A stretch of DNA of 64,000 bases from Chiloscyllium plagiosum (lineage: Eukaryota): the NCBI RefSeq assembly GCF_004010195.1, contig NC_057750.1, forward strand, positions 2,796,112-2,860,111. Direction: 5' to 3'. A model generated the notes under the pieces. The model was not told the DNA's origin. It saw only the letters and a list, made by a program, of their open reading frames with translations, and searched no databases. The translations under genes were made by a program, and so were the position numbers. Numbering within the stretch: position 1 is the stretch's first letter; each line of letters opens with the position of its first letter. This document shows, one piece after another, positions 48,832 to 62,652 of this stretch.

Positions 48832-50551
48832 ACAACAAGTCCTAGTTGCCACTTCAGGATATAAAGGGCTCGTTGTCACTATCTGACAGATAGGGGTGGA
48901 GTTTCCAGTGACCAGGTCAATGTTTACCCCCCAAAACTGTCCAGTCATTGACCACAGTGTGGCTTATGGGATCTTGCTCTGTGCATTTGCAAACCTGCAT
49001 TTGCAACATGGACTCTATTTCTAAACTAATTGGTTGAGAAAGCCCAGTGAACAGCTCCACACAAATGCAAGCCTCTTATTCAATGTCTTGCCATTCTCAC
49101 TCCCCAGCTCCCACCACCACCACCCCTGGGGGGGAAGCAGCTGCCCACCCTTTGCCGTCGGCCCACAACCGCGTGGTGGAAATCAGGAAGAGCAACTGTG
49201 TGGGAACAGTGGGTGGTAGCTTTTTAAAGAGGAGTCCCTTGGGGAGGTGTGATGCGGAGACGCCGACCTTTCATCTCTTGAATCTGTTGTGAAATCCACC
49301 CACACCCCCCCGACTGAGGAGCTGAAACGTACAGAGTGAATACTGCCCAGAAGGATGCCATTTGGCCCACTGAGTCAATGCCAGCCCTGAGCAAGACATG
49401 TCTGTGAGCTGCCCGGTCCATTTTCTTTATTCACTCAGAGGATGTGGGTGTCTCTGGCTAGGCCAGCATTGATTACCCATCTCTAATTGCTCAGAGGGGC
49501 AGTTAAGAGTCAACCACGTTGCTGTTGGTCTGGAGTCACATGTAGGCTAGACCCAGTAAGGATGACAGTTTCCTTCTCTAAGGGAGATGTGTGAACCAGT
49601 AGGGGTTTTTCCAACAATCGATAATGGATTCCAGATTCTAATTTGAATTCGAGTTGAACCATCTGCTGTGGTGGGATTTGAACTGGGTCCCCAGAGCGTT
49701 AGCGGAGTTTGCTTGATTAATAGTCTAGTGGTGATACCAGTAATCCATTGCCTGTCTCTAACGAGCATTCCCGTACTGATAGGTTTAGGGAGGGAGTTGC
49801 AAAGTTTAAGGGCACAGATAAATGAGGGCTAGACTGTCCTCACTGGTACAAGTAAAATCGGTGATCAGATCTTATTTTTAAAGCGTCCATTTCTCCAGTG
49901 CACAGGGAGCTGAGAAGTGCCTATCAGCCAGTGACGTGTAGTCAGTGTTACAATGTACGAATCACAGCCACCAATCCGTGCACAGCAAGATCCCACCAAT
50001 ATCGGCCATATCAACTGTTTCTGTGAGCTTGATGGAGGGGAGGATCTATCTGAAATAAGGAGATGGGCCGATGGGACTTTGGTTTAACATCAGATCTGAA
50101 AGATGCCACCTCACTCAGCCATTTCAACAAGAGGAGACCACTTTGAAAAAGTTTCTAACTTTACTGAACTGTGAGCCATCTCCAGTTTCCCAGAGAACCC
50201 TAACCCTCATTGTCTACGTCCACACCTCTGTGCGGCGAGAGAGGCCATTCTGTTGTGACAGAATCAGCCTTGAAACTTATCCCCTCCTGAGATTGTAATG
50301 CAAACCTAATAACAGAGCACTGACAGGAAGCTAATGGGTTGTTGATGGGTACTGACTGACAACTCTCTAATTGTCAGGTTAAACAACATATTTGGTGGTT
50401 TGGCTGACATACAGTGACATCTGTAATATAACCCGTCATCTGTGGGCCATCTTCACTCCCCCCTCTGAGTCCAAAAGTTGGAAATTCAAGACCCACTACA
50501 GCATCATCACTAAAGACCCCTCCTACCCCGGTTATGATCTCTTCCAACATA

Positions 50552-50830
50552 AGATTAGATTTCCTACACAGTGTGGAAACCGGCCCTTTGGCCCAACAAG
50601 TCCATACTGACCCTCCGAAGAGAAACCCAGCCAGACCCATTTCCCTCTTACTAATGCACCTAACACAATGGGCAATTTAACATAGTCAATTCACCTGACC
50701 TGCACATCTTTGGACTGTGGGAGGAAACCGGAGCACGCGGAGGAAACCCACGCAGATACGGGGAGAATGTGCAAACTCCACACAGACAGTTGCCTGAGGC
50801 AGGAATTGAACCTGGGTCCCTGGTGCTGTG
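50552..50830 (-). mobile_element. HE1-type SINE
   Basis: Same head, body and tail as the other copies. Confidence 0.9.
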
Positions 50831-52339
50831 AGGCAGCAGTGCTAACCACTACACCACTGAACATCTTGTGTTGGGCAGAAGATACAGAAGCTTTAACACA
50901 AGTAGAACAGCTTCTTCCCTACTGTTATTACACTGCTGAGCGGACCTCTGAAATTTCACATCGAATGTTGATCTTGGTTTGTATACGTCCTGTGCAGCTG
51001 TAACCCTGTGTGCCTTGCTCCATCGAAACACCCAATGATCTGCATCTCCTTCTTTGCTATGGTCTGTCTCTTCTGCTCACAAAACAAAACTTTTCACTGT
51101 ACTCAGGTGAATGTGACAAGAATAAATCAAACCAAAACAGATCCTACTATCATGGGACAACTGCTTTGTTCGAGGAGTCACCTCATAGATTAAACCAATT
51201 TGCCCTTTGAGTTGATTGTAAAGGATCCCTGAGCACTCTTTGGGAAGCAGTATGGTACCTGCTACTGTCTTGGTCAATATTCATCCCTCAAACAATATCT
51301 GAAATAGCTGCTTCACTCATTAGCAGGTTGCTGAGTGAACTTGCTGTGTGCAAATCGGAAGCTCCTTTTCAATCATTGTAACAGTTATTTTAATGACCCA
51401 GGCACATGCACGAATCTACAACTGCACATGGCTGCAATTCCAAAGCCAGTGTGTCACTACGAAGCCTTCCGAGGTGGTTATATACAAATGAACTGCACAT
51501 GTGCAGAAAGGAAACGCAGTATTGAAATGTTCAACCAGACAGGGGGAGTGAGGAGGGCCAAGGGGAATGAGGGTATTGCGGGGGGGGGGCTTAGTGAGTG
51601 AGGGGAGTGGCTGAACCCCCCCACTATCAACATCCTGGGAATTACCATTGACTAGAAACTCAACTGGACTCACCACATAAACACAGTGGCTACAAGAGCT
51701 GGGAATCCTGCAGCGAACCCAGGTCCCTGGCGCTGTGAGGCAGCAGTGCTAACCACTGAGCCACTGTGCCACCCCAATGTACGTGTTCATTTATCAAACT
51801 GGCCCCTATGTACTCTCCTCCACCACTCCTCATCAGCACAGGAGAGACATGGGTAATATTGCTCCCAACAGACAGTCCCTGCATCTGGGGATATGGGTTC
51901 AAATCCCACCACAGTAGCTGGTGAGGTTTGAATTCAATCAATAAGAGCCTGGCATTGAAAGCCAGTCTCAGTGACCGTGAGCATATTGTTGTAAAAATCC
52001 ATCTTGATTCACCAATGTCCCTGTCAGGAAAGAAACCTGTTGTCCTTTATTCAGAACAGAGATTGGTAGAGAAACTCAGCAGGCCTGTGGACGGAGAGAA
52101 ACAGAGTCTGGTCTGCCTCTTCTTTAGCATACTGCTGTATTTCCTAGGTCTCGCCTACATGTGACTCCAGACCCACACTGATGGGGTTGACTCTTAACTG
52201 CCCTCCGAAATGATTGGGCAATCCATTCCGTTCAAGGGCAATGAGAGATGGGCTGCAAATACTGGCCTTGTCAGTGACACTCATATCCCAGGAAAAAATG
52301 TCCTTTTATTTCTTTTTCCCTTGTGTCCTTCAACATACA

Positions 52340-52972
52340 GACATAGAGTCACAGAGATATACAGAAGAGAAACAGACCCTTCTGTTCGACACGTCCATGC
52401 TGACCAGATAACCTAAATAAATCTAGTCCCATTTGCCAGCACTTGATCCATATCCCTCCAAACCCTTCCTATTCATATACCCATCCAAATGCCTTTTAAA
52501 TGTTGCAATTGTACCAGCCTCCACCACATCCTCTGGCAGCTCATTCCACACACGTACCACCCTCTGTGTGAAAACGTTGCCCCTTAGGTCTCTTTTATAT
52601 CTTTCCCCCCTCACCCTAAATCTATGCCCTCTAGTACTGGACTCTCCCACCCCAGGGAAAAGACTTTGTCTATTTACCCTATCCATGCCCCTCATGATTT
52701 TATAAGCCTCTATAAGGTCACCACTCAACCTCCGACGCTCCAGAGAAAACAAACCCCAGCCTGTTCAGCCTCTCGCTACAGCTCAAATCCTCCAACCCTG
52801 GCAACATCCTTGTAAATCTTTTCTGAACCCGTTCAAATTTAACGACATCCTTCATATAGCAAGGAAAGCAGAATTGAACACAGTATTCCAAAAGTGGCCT
52901 TACCGATGTCCTGTACAGCCGCAGCATGACCTCCCAACTCCTGTACTCAATACTCTGACCAATAAAGGCAAA
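52340..52972 (-). mobile_element. HER1/CR1 LINE 3' fragment
   Basis: ORFs 52718-53002 and 52423-52752 encode the CR1 ORF2 C-terminus with one frameshift. Confidence 0.93.
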
Positions 52973-55724
52973 TGTGCATCTTCCACTTGATCCCATTAAC
53001 AATAATCAGCTCAACGTTGTAGGAGTAAGTTCCACTCCCCACTCTCTGGGTAAAGATGTCTCACCTCAATTCCCAATTGGATTTATTTGTGACTGTCTTA
53101 GATTTAACCCCACACCACTCCCCAACATCCAACCTCCAAGTTCTCATCCTCACCTCCCGCCAACCTGTGCAAACATTGCTATTTCCTGAGTTCTGTCTGC
53201 GTCAGGTGTTATTTTGATATTGGAAAGATATCTGAACAAGAAAAGACACTGGTAAGAGAGGAGGCACAGGGTTATGTTGTGCTGTTGTGGGCGTGTTATT
53301 GATCTGCTAGAATCCCACTTTGTTTTTTCGCACTCAGACACCTGGACCATGTAAGTCTATAATGGGAACAAGTGACTACAGCGTGGGCTTGATGGTGGAT
53401 ATTTTTGAGCTGCTCTTTGGGTAAAAGCCGTTAAACCATTTCCTCAGAGTCAGGCCAAGCAACGTGGCTGACCTGTGACCCCTGTGGTCACCAAATGATT
53501 TGAGTTAAACTGATGACTCGTAGGTAGGAAGTGATATCACACTGTGGTCTGAGTTTGTGTGATAGGGAGTTTCATGATTTCACAAGAAAGGTGAAAGGAT
53601 TTTTCACAACAAAAATACAATTGCCTTAAAAAAGTTGCTTTTTTTTTTATTGAGAATAGTGTGTGACAGCTGTTTACCATCCACAGCATAAATAATTGAA
53701 ATATAATTCACAACAAACTAATCAATAGCCACTTTTCAGTAAATGACTTGTTTCCAAAGTGCATTAGAACTTGTGAAATTGGCGATAATGCTGTGCACAT
53801 TCCAAAATCCCAGTCATAGGATACTCACAAACAATGCCCACAGTCCTTTCTCTTGTTGACCACAGGTCTTTTTTTATATACATTCACGGAATGAGGGTGT
53901 GACTGGCTTGGCCAGCACTTACTGTCCATCTCTAATTGTCCAGAGGGCAGTTCAGAGTCAACCATATTGCTGTGGGAATAATTGTGGGAAACTGCTCTGT
54001 TTTTGTGGGAACCGTTCTGCCCTAAAATCATTTCTGAGTAAGCATTCCTAGCTGCTGGGAGAAAGCCTCATCAAAACGATGCCACCACCTGCAGTGTGGC
54101 ACTCCCTCACTCACACATCACTGTGGGATGATAGATTTCCACAGGGCTGGCAGTGGGGTAGTGAATCTCGATGCCACAGCCTTCAGATTGGAGAGTGTGA
54201 CTTACTGATCTAACAGTTTGAAACGTAGGACTTGCACTGAAATGTCTGACAGCAACCTAACAGAGAATACAGGCCAATACTCCATTATGGGCACTCAAGG
54301 AGTACCACTGACTGCAGTGGTTCAAGAAGGTAGCTCACCACTGCCTTCTCCCGGGGCAATTAGGGATGGGCAATAAAGGCTGGTCCAGCTGGCATTGACC
54401 ACATCCTGTGAACAAATGTCAGCAGAAAAGAAAAATCACAAAACACAACAGTATATGGTCGCTTTGTTTGGTTGTGGGATCTTACTATGCTGCCATTGTT
54501 TCCACCTTCTCCGGGGGCAATTAGGAATAAGCAATGAATGCTGAACCAACCAGTGACATCCACAGCCTGTTCAACAACGACAAAAAAAATCACAAAACGC
54601 TTCACTTTACGTGCTTGTGGGATCTTGCTGTGCGGCCATTGTTTGCTGCATTTCCAGAGTGCCTGCGCTTCACTGGGGGCTGTAATGAAGTTCGGTAGGG
54701 TGTCCGGCCATGGGAATTGTGACGTGAATGCAAGATTTTTTTTCTTTGGAAGTAGAGAGTCAGTGCAACTGTTAAAGATAGCCCTCCTGGGGTCACTCAC
54801 CTGAGGTGCTCACAGAATTTAAAAAATTTTAGTTTGGACGATTATTTCTGTGTCATGTTGACACAACCCCACACCCCGAGCTTCAATTCTCAGTCTGTCT
54901 TCGTTCCTCTTTTTGACAAAGAATGAGGATGTTTGTCTTGCAAAATTGTTCACTATTTATAACTTGGGAACTAATAGGTTCTGACCTTTTCCACACTAAT
55001 GAGTCATGGGGATTAGGAAAGTACCAACCTTAATCTTGGCCTATGTTGCATTGTTGGTCCTGGTAAACATGGGGTTATTCAGGTTTTCTTAAAATTGCAA
55101 CGCTGGACTCAAAGGGAGAACCTAATCTATATAATCCACTATAGGAGATGGCCTAGTGGTATTATTCCTGATGGATTCCTGATGAAGGGCTCTGCTCTGA
55201 AACATCGACTCTCCTTCTCCTCGGATGCTGCCTGGCCTGCTGTGCTTTTCCAGCAACACACTCTCCACTAGCGGTATTATTGCTAGACTGTTAATCCAGA
55301 GACCCAGGTATTGTTCTGGGGACCTGGGATCGATTCCTGCCATGGAGATGATGGAATTTGAACGAGCAAAACCTGGGAGTAAGGGTCTAATGATGACTGT
55401 GAATCCATTGTTGAGGAAAAATCCATTTACCTCTCTAATGTCCTTTAGGGAAGGAAACTGCCACCCTTACCTGGTCTGACCTACACGTAACTCCAGACCC
55501 ACAGCAATGGGGTTGATTCTTAACTGCCCCCTGGGTAATTAGGAATGGGGTAATAAATGCCGGGCCTAGCCAGAGATGCCATCATCCCATGAATGAATAA
55601 TTTACAAAGAAAAAGGGGTTTTGTCTTACCCTAACTTCCAGCACGACCTGTTCTTTCATCACTTTTCTGTTTTTGGTTATCCAACAGTGACTCAGATTTT
55701 TGCCTGGGATGGAGCAGTTTAGCT

Positions 55725-56140
55725 CTGGGATGGGGGGAGGGGGTGTGGATAAGCTTGTGTTATTTCCGCTGGAGCTGAGCAGTTTGAGGGGGTCCTGACT
55801 GAGGGTGTATGAGGTTATGAGGGGCTTGGACAAGGTGAACAGGGAGAAGTTGCTCCCCTTAGGTGTAGGGTCAAGAACATTTTTGAAGTGAAGGCAGAAG
55901 GTTTAGAGGGAGATTTGAGGAAAATATGTTCCCCAGAGGGTGGGCGGGGGTCTGGAATGCACTGCCTGGGAGGGGAGTTGAGCCGGGAAAATTAACAATG
56001 TTTAAAAGGTATTTGGATGAGCACTTGGAGGGTCATAACATTCAAGGTTATGGCCTAGTGTGGGAGAGTGGGACTAGCGTAGGGAGAGGTAGTACAGACT
56101 CAATGGGCTGAAGAGCCTTTTCTACACATTATGATGCTTT
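55725..56140 (+). mobile_element. Decayed CR1 LINE 3' fragment
   Basis: GVWNALPGRGVEPG..MFKRYLDEHL. Confidence 0.8.
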
Positions 56141-56970
56141 GATTCCTTCTCCATGGACCCTTGTTCTTTCTGACCTGTGTAATTTCCTCCAGCCCCACAA
56201 CCCTCCGAGATCGCCATACCTCTGCAGTCTGGACACCTGACTATTCCCAATTTGAAGTGCTCCAGCATTGGTGAGCCTGTCTAAAGTTGCCTGGGCCCTG
56301 AGCTCTGCACCTCCCTCACCTCACTTGGACACTCCAAGTAATCTACCCGTTGGAGCACATGTTTTGATCACCTGTCTTAATATCTGCCTGTGTGGCCTAC
56401 AACAAACCTTGGAGGAAGTGAGGACTGCAGGTGCTGGATTTCAGAGTCGAGAGTGTGGTGCTAGAAAAGCACAGCAGGTCAGACAGCATCTGAGGAGCGG
56501 AGCGGGAGAATCAACATTTCGGGCATAAGCTCTTCATCAGGAACGAAATGTCGATTCTCCTGCTCCTCAAATGCTTTCCCAGCAACACCTTCTTGACTCT
56601 GCAACAAACTTTGCCAGATAATGCTCCTATGGAACAGCTTGAGATGCTTGGCTACAGTAAAGGCGCTATACAAGTGGAAAATAGATGATTCTTGCTACTG
56701 GTGGACACTCATGTGGGAAAGTGAGGACATGACTGAGTAAATGGTTGATGTCCTATTAAAGTAGACTTGGGTGTCAATGATCCCATTCTGCTGAGTGTCA
56801 GTCTCTAAAGTTAGAAAGGAGCTGGAGGCAATAGAGGGTGGGATTCAGTTTAGGGATGAATTAGGAGATTAGAATATGTTGGGGCTCAGTGTCAGGAAGG
56901 GACAGCTAAACAGGGGCAAATTTGTCTTGTCTGTCCCTCAATGCAGTGGATGCCTTCAGCCCAGTAAATA

Positions 56971-59900
56971 ACTGAAGACCACAGAGACGCACTGGGGACC
57001 ACACAGAGACGTACTGGGGCCCACACAGAGACGTACTGGGGCCCACACAGAGACGTACTGGGGACCACACAGAGACGCACTGGGGACCACACAGAGATGT
57101 ACTGGGGCCCACACAGAGACGTACTGGGGCCCACACAGAGACGCACTGGGGACCACACAGAGACGTACTGGGGCCCACACAGAGACGCACTGGGGACCAC
57201 ACAGAGACGTACTGGGGCCCACACAGAGACGCACTGGGGACCACACAGAGACGTACTGGGGCCCACACAGAGACGCACTGGGGACCACACAGAGACGTAC
57301 TGGGGCCCACACAGAGACGCACTGGGGACCACACAGAGACGTACTGGGGCCCACACAGAGACGCACTGGGGACCACACAGAGACGTACTGGGGCCCACAC
57401 AGAGACGTACTGGGGCCCACACAGAGACGCACTGGGGACCACACAGAGATGTACACCACAGAGACGTACTGGGGACCACAGAGACGTACTGGGGCCCACA
57501 CAGAGATGTACTGGGGCCCACACAGAGACACACTGGGGACCACACAGAGATGCACTGGGGACCACACAGAGATGCATTGGAGACCACAGAGACGCACTGG
57601 GGACCACACAGAGTTGCACTGAGGACCACAGAGACGTACTGGGGACCACAGAGACGTACTGGAGGCCACACAGAGACGCACTGGGGACCACACAGAGATG
57701 CACTGGAGACCACAGAGATGCACTGGGGACCACACTGAGATACACTGGAGACCACAGAGACGCACTGGAGACCACAGCGTACTGGGAACCACAGAGACAC
57801 ACTGGGGACCACACAGAGATGCACTGGAGACCACAGAGACGCACTGAAGACCACAGCGTACTGGGGACCACAGAGACAGACTGGGGACCACACAGAGATG
57901 TACCGGGGACCACATAGAGATGCACTGGAGACCACAGAGACATACTGGGGACCACAGAGATGTACCGGGGACCATAGAGATGCACTGGGGGCCACACAGA
58001 GATGTACTGGGGACCACACAGAGATGCACTGGGGACCACACAGAGATGCACTGGAGACCACAGAGATGTACTGGGGGCCACACAGAGATGTATTGGGTAA
58101 CACAGAGATGCACTGAGGACCACACAGAGACACACTGGGGAACACAGAGATGTACTGGAGACCACAGAGAGACGTACTGGGGACCACACAGAGACGTACT
58201 GGGGACCACACAGAGATGCAGTGGGGACCACACAGAGATACACTGGAGACCACAGAGACGCACTGGAGACCACAGCGTACTGGGGACCACAGAGACAGAC
58301 TGGGGACCACAGAGATGTACTGGGGACCACAGAGATGCACTGGGGGCCACACAGAGATGTACTGAGGGCCACACAGAGATGTACTGGGTAACACAGAGAT
58401 GCACTGAGGACCACACAGAGACACACTGGGGAACACAGAGATGTACTGGGGACCACACAGAGATGCACTGGAGACCACAGAGAGACGTACTGGGGACCAC
58501 ACAGAAATGCACTGGGGACCACACAGAGACACACTGGGGACCACACAGAGATGCACTGGGGACCGCACAGAGACGTACTGGGGAACACACAAAGACGTAT
58601 TGGGGACCACACAGAGATGCACTGGAGACCACAGAGAGACGCACTGGGGACCACACAGAGATGTACTGGGGCCCACACAGAGATGCACTGGAGACCACAG
58701 AGAGACGTACTGGGGACCACACAGAGACCTACTGGGGACCACACAGAGATGCAGTGGGGACCACAGAGAGACGTACTGGGGACCACACAGAGATGTACTG
58801 GGGACCACACAGAGATGTACTGGGGCCCATACAGAGACGCACTGGGGACCACACAGAGATGCACTGGGGACCACACAGAGACACACTGGGGACCACACAG
58901 AAATGCACTGGGGACCCCACAGAGACGTACTGGGGAACACACAGAGACGTACTGGGGACCACACAGAGACGGACTGGGGACCACACTGAGATGACTGGAG
59001 ACCACAGAGACGCACTGGGGACCACAGAGACGTACTGGGGCCCACACAGAGATGCACTGGGGACCACAGAGATGCACTGGGGACCACAGAGATGTACTGG
59101 GGACCACACTGAGATGCACTGGAGACCACAGAGACGTACTGGGGACCACAGAGAGATGCACTGGGGACCACAGAGAGATGCACTGGGGACCACACAGAGA
59201 TGCACTGTGGACCACAGAGATGCACTGGGGACCACAGAGACGCACTGGGGACCACACAGAGACGCACTGGGGACCACAGAGAGATGTACTGGGGACCACA
59301 CAGAGATGCACTGGAGACCACAGAGACGTACTGGGGACCACAGAGAGATGCACTGGGGACCACACAGAGATGCACTGGGGACCACAGAGATGCACTGGGG
59401 ACCACAGAGAGGCACTGGGGACCACACAGAGACGCACTGGGGACCACAGAGAGATGCACTGGGGACCACACAGAGATGCACTGGAGACCACAGAGACGCA
59501 CTGGGGACCACAGAGAGATGCATTGGAGACCACAAAGAGATGCACTGGGAACCACACAGAGATGCACTGGGGACCACAGAGAGATGCACTGGGGACCACA
59601 CAGAGATGCACTGGGGACCACAGAGAGATGCACTGGGGACCACAGAGACGCACTGTGGACCACAGAGAGACGTACTGGGGACCACACAGAGATGTACTGG
59701 AGACCACAGAGACGCGCTGGGGACCACACAGAGATGCACTGGAGACCACAGAGACGCACTGGGGACCACACAGAGATGCACTGGAGACCACAGAGATGCA
59801 CTGGGGACCACACAGAGATGCACTGGGGACCACACAGAGATGGACTGGAGACCACAGAGACGCACGGGAGACCACAGAGATGCACTGGGGACCACACAGA

Positions 59901-62652
59901 GATGCACTGGGGACCACAGAGAAATGCACTGGGGACCACAGAGACGCACTGGAGACCACAGAGAGACGTACTGGGGACCACACAGAGATGCACTGGAGAC
60001 CACAGAGACGCACTGGGGACCACACAGAGATGCAGTGGAGACCACAGAGACACACTGGAGACTACAGAGACACACTGTAGGCCACAGCGTACTTGGGACC
60101 ACAGAGGTGCACTGGGGACCACACAGAGATGCACTGGAGACCACAGAGATGCACTGGGGACCAAACAGAGATGCACTGGAGACCACAGAGACGCACTGGG
60201 GACCACACAGAGATGCACTGGAGACCACAGAGAAGCACTGGGGACCACACAGATGCGCTGGAGACCACAGAGACGCACTGGAGACCACAGAGACGCACTG
60301 GAGACCACAGCGTACTGGGGACCACAGAGGTGCACTGGGGACCACACTGAGATGCACTGGAGACCACAGAGACGTACTGGGGACCACACAGAGACGTACT
60401 GGGGACCACAGAGATGTACCAGGGACCACATAGAGATGCACTGGAGACCACAGAGACATACTGGGGACCACAGAGATGTACCGGGGACCACAGAGATGCA
60501 CTGGGGGCCACACAGAGATGTACTGGGGACCACACAGAGACGCACTGGGGACCACACAGAGATGCACTGGAGACCACACAGAGACATACTGGGGACCACA
60601 GAGATGTGCTGGGGACCACAGAGATGCACTGGGGGCCACACAGAAATGTACTGGGGACCACAAAGATGCACTGGGGACCACACAGAGACGCACTGGGTAA
60701 CACAGAGATGCACTGAGGACCACACAGAGACACACTGGGGAACACAGAGATGTACTGGAGACCACAGAGAGACGCACTGGGGACCACACAGAGACGTACT
60801 GGGGCCCACACAGAGATGCAGTGGGGACCACAGAGAGACGTACTGGGACCACACAGAGATGTACTGGGGACCACAGAGATGCAGTGGGGACCACAGAGAG
60901 ACGTACTGGGGACCACACAGAAATGTACTGGGGACCACACAGAGATGTACTGGGGCCCACACAGAGACGCACTGCGGACCACACAGAGATGCACTGGGGA
61001 CCACACAGAGACACACTGGGGACCACACAGAGACACACTGGGGACCACACAGAAATGCACAGGGGACCCCACAGAGACGTACTGGGGAACACACAGAGAC
61101 GTACTGGGGACCACACAGAGACGCACTGGGGCCCACACAGAGATGACTGGAGACCACAGAGATGCACTGGGGACCACAGAGACGCACTGGGGACCACAGA
61201 GACGTACTGGGGACCACACAGAGATGCACTGGAGACCACAGAGACGTACTGGGGACCACAGAGAGATGCACTGGGGACCACATAGCGATGCACTGGGGAT
61301 CACACAGAGACGCACTGGGGACCACAGAGAGATGTACTGGGGTCCACACAGAGATGCACTGGGGATCACACAGAGACGCACTGGAGACCACAGAGACGTA
61401 CTGGGGACCACAGAGACATACTGGGGACCACAGAGAGATGCACTGGGGTCCACACAGAGATGCACTGGAGACCACAGAGAGATGCACTGGGGACCACACA
61501 GAGATGCACTGGAGACCACACAGAGATGCACTGGGTACCACACAGAGATGCACTGGGGACCACAGAGAGATGCACTGGGGACCACAGAGACGCACTGGGG
61601 ACCACACAGAGATGCACTGGAGACCACAGAGACGCACTGGAGACTACAGAGACGCACTGTAGGCCACAGCGTACTGGGGACCTCAGAGCTGCACTGGGGA
61701 CCACACAGAGATGCACTGGAGACCACAGAGACGCACTGGAGACCACAGAGACGCACTGGGGACCACACAGAGATGCACTGGGGACCACAGAGAGATGCAC
61801 TGGGGACCACAGAGACGCACTGGGGACCACAGAGAGACGCACTGGGGACCACACAGAGATGCACTGGAGACCATAGAGACGCACTGGAGACCATAGAGAC
61901 GCACTGAAGACCACAGAGAGATGCACTGGGGACCACACAGAGATGCAGTGGAGACCACAGAGACACACTGGAGACCACAGAGACGCACTGGGGACTACAC
62001 AGAGATGCACTGGAGACCACAGAGACGCACTGGGGACCACACAGAGATGTACTGGAGACCACAGAGATGCACTGGGGACCACACAGAGATGCACTGGAGA
62101 CCACAGAGATGCACTGGAGACCACAGAGATGCACTGGAGACCACACTGAGATGCACTGGAGACCACAGGGATGTACTGGGGACCACACAGAGACGTACCG
62201 GGGACCACACAGAGATGTACCGGGGACCACAGAGAGATGCACTGGAGACCACAGAGACATACTGGGGACCACAGAGATGTACTTGGGACCACAGAGATGC
62301 ACTGGGGACCACACAGAGACGCACTGGGTAACACAGAGATGCACTGAGGACCACACAGAGACGCACTGGGTAACACAGAGATGTACTGGGGACCACACAG
62401 AGATGCACTGGGAACCACAGAGATGCACTGGGGACCACACAGAGACGCACTGGGTAACACAGAGATGTACTGGGGACCACACAGAGATGCACTGGAGACC
62501 ACAGAGAGATGCACTGGGAACCACACAGAGATGCACTGGGGACCACACAGAGACGCACTGGGTAACACAGAGATGCACTGAGGACCACACAGAGACACAC
62601 TGGGGAACACAGAGATGTACTGGGGACCACACAGAGATGCACTGGAGACCAC
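56971..62652. repeat. 5.7 kb minisatellite, 20/22-bp unit ACTGGGGACCAC(AC)AGAGAYGY, roughly 270 units
   Basis: Direct reading; unit count estimated from length. Confidence 0.98.

Noticed and set aside
49394..49403. Isolated p53 half-site AGACATGTCT (also TGACATGTCC near 15771)
   Set aside because: Single decamers without a properly spaced good partner are expected by chance in 64 kb.
53207..53355. Two tiny plus-strand AG...GT segments that could be exons
   Set aside because: No recognisable peptide or partner exons; cannot be supported without transcripts.
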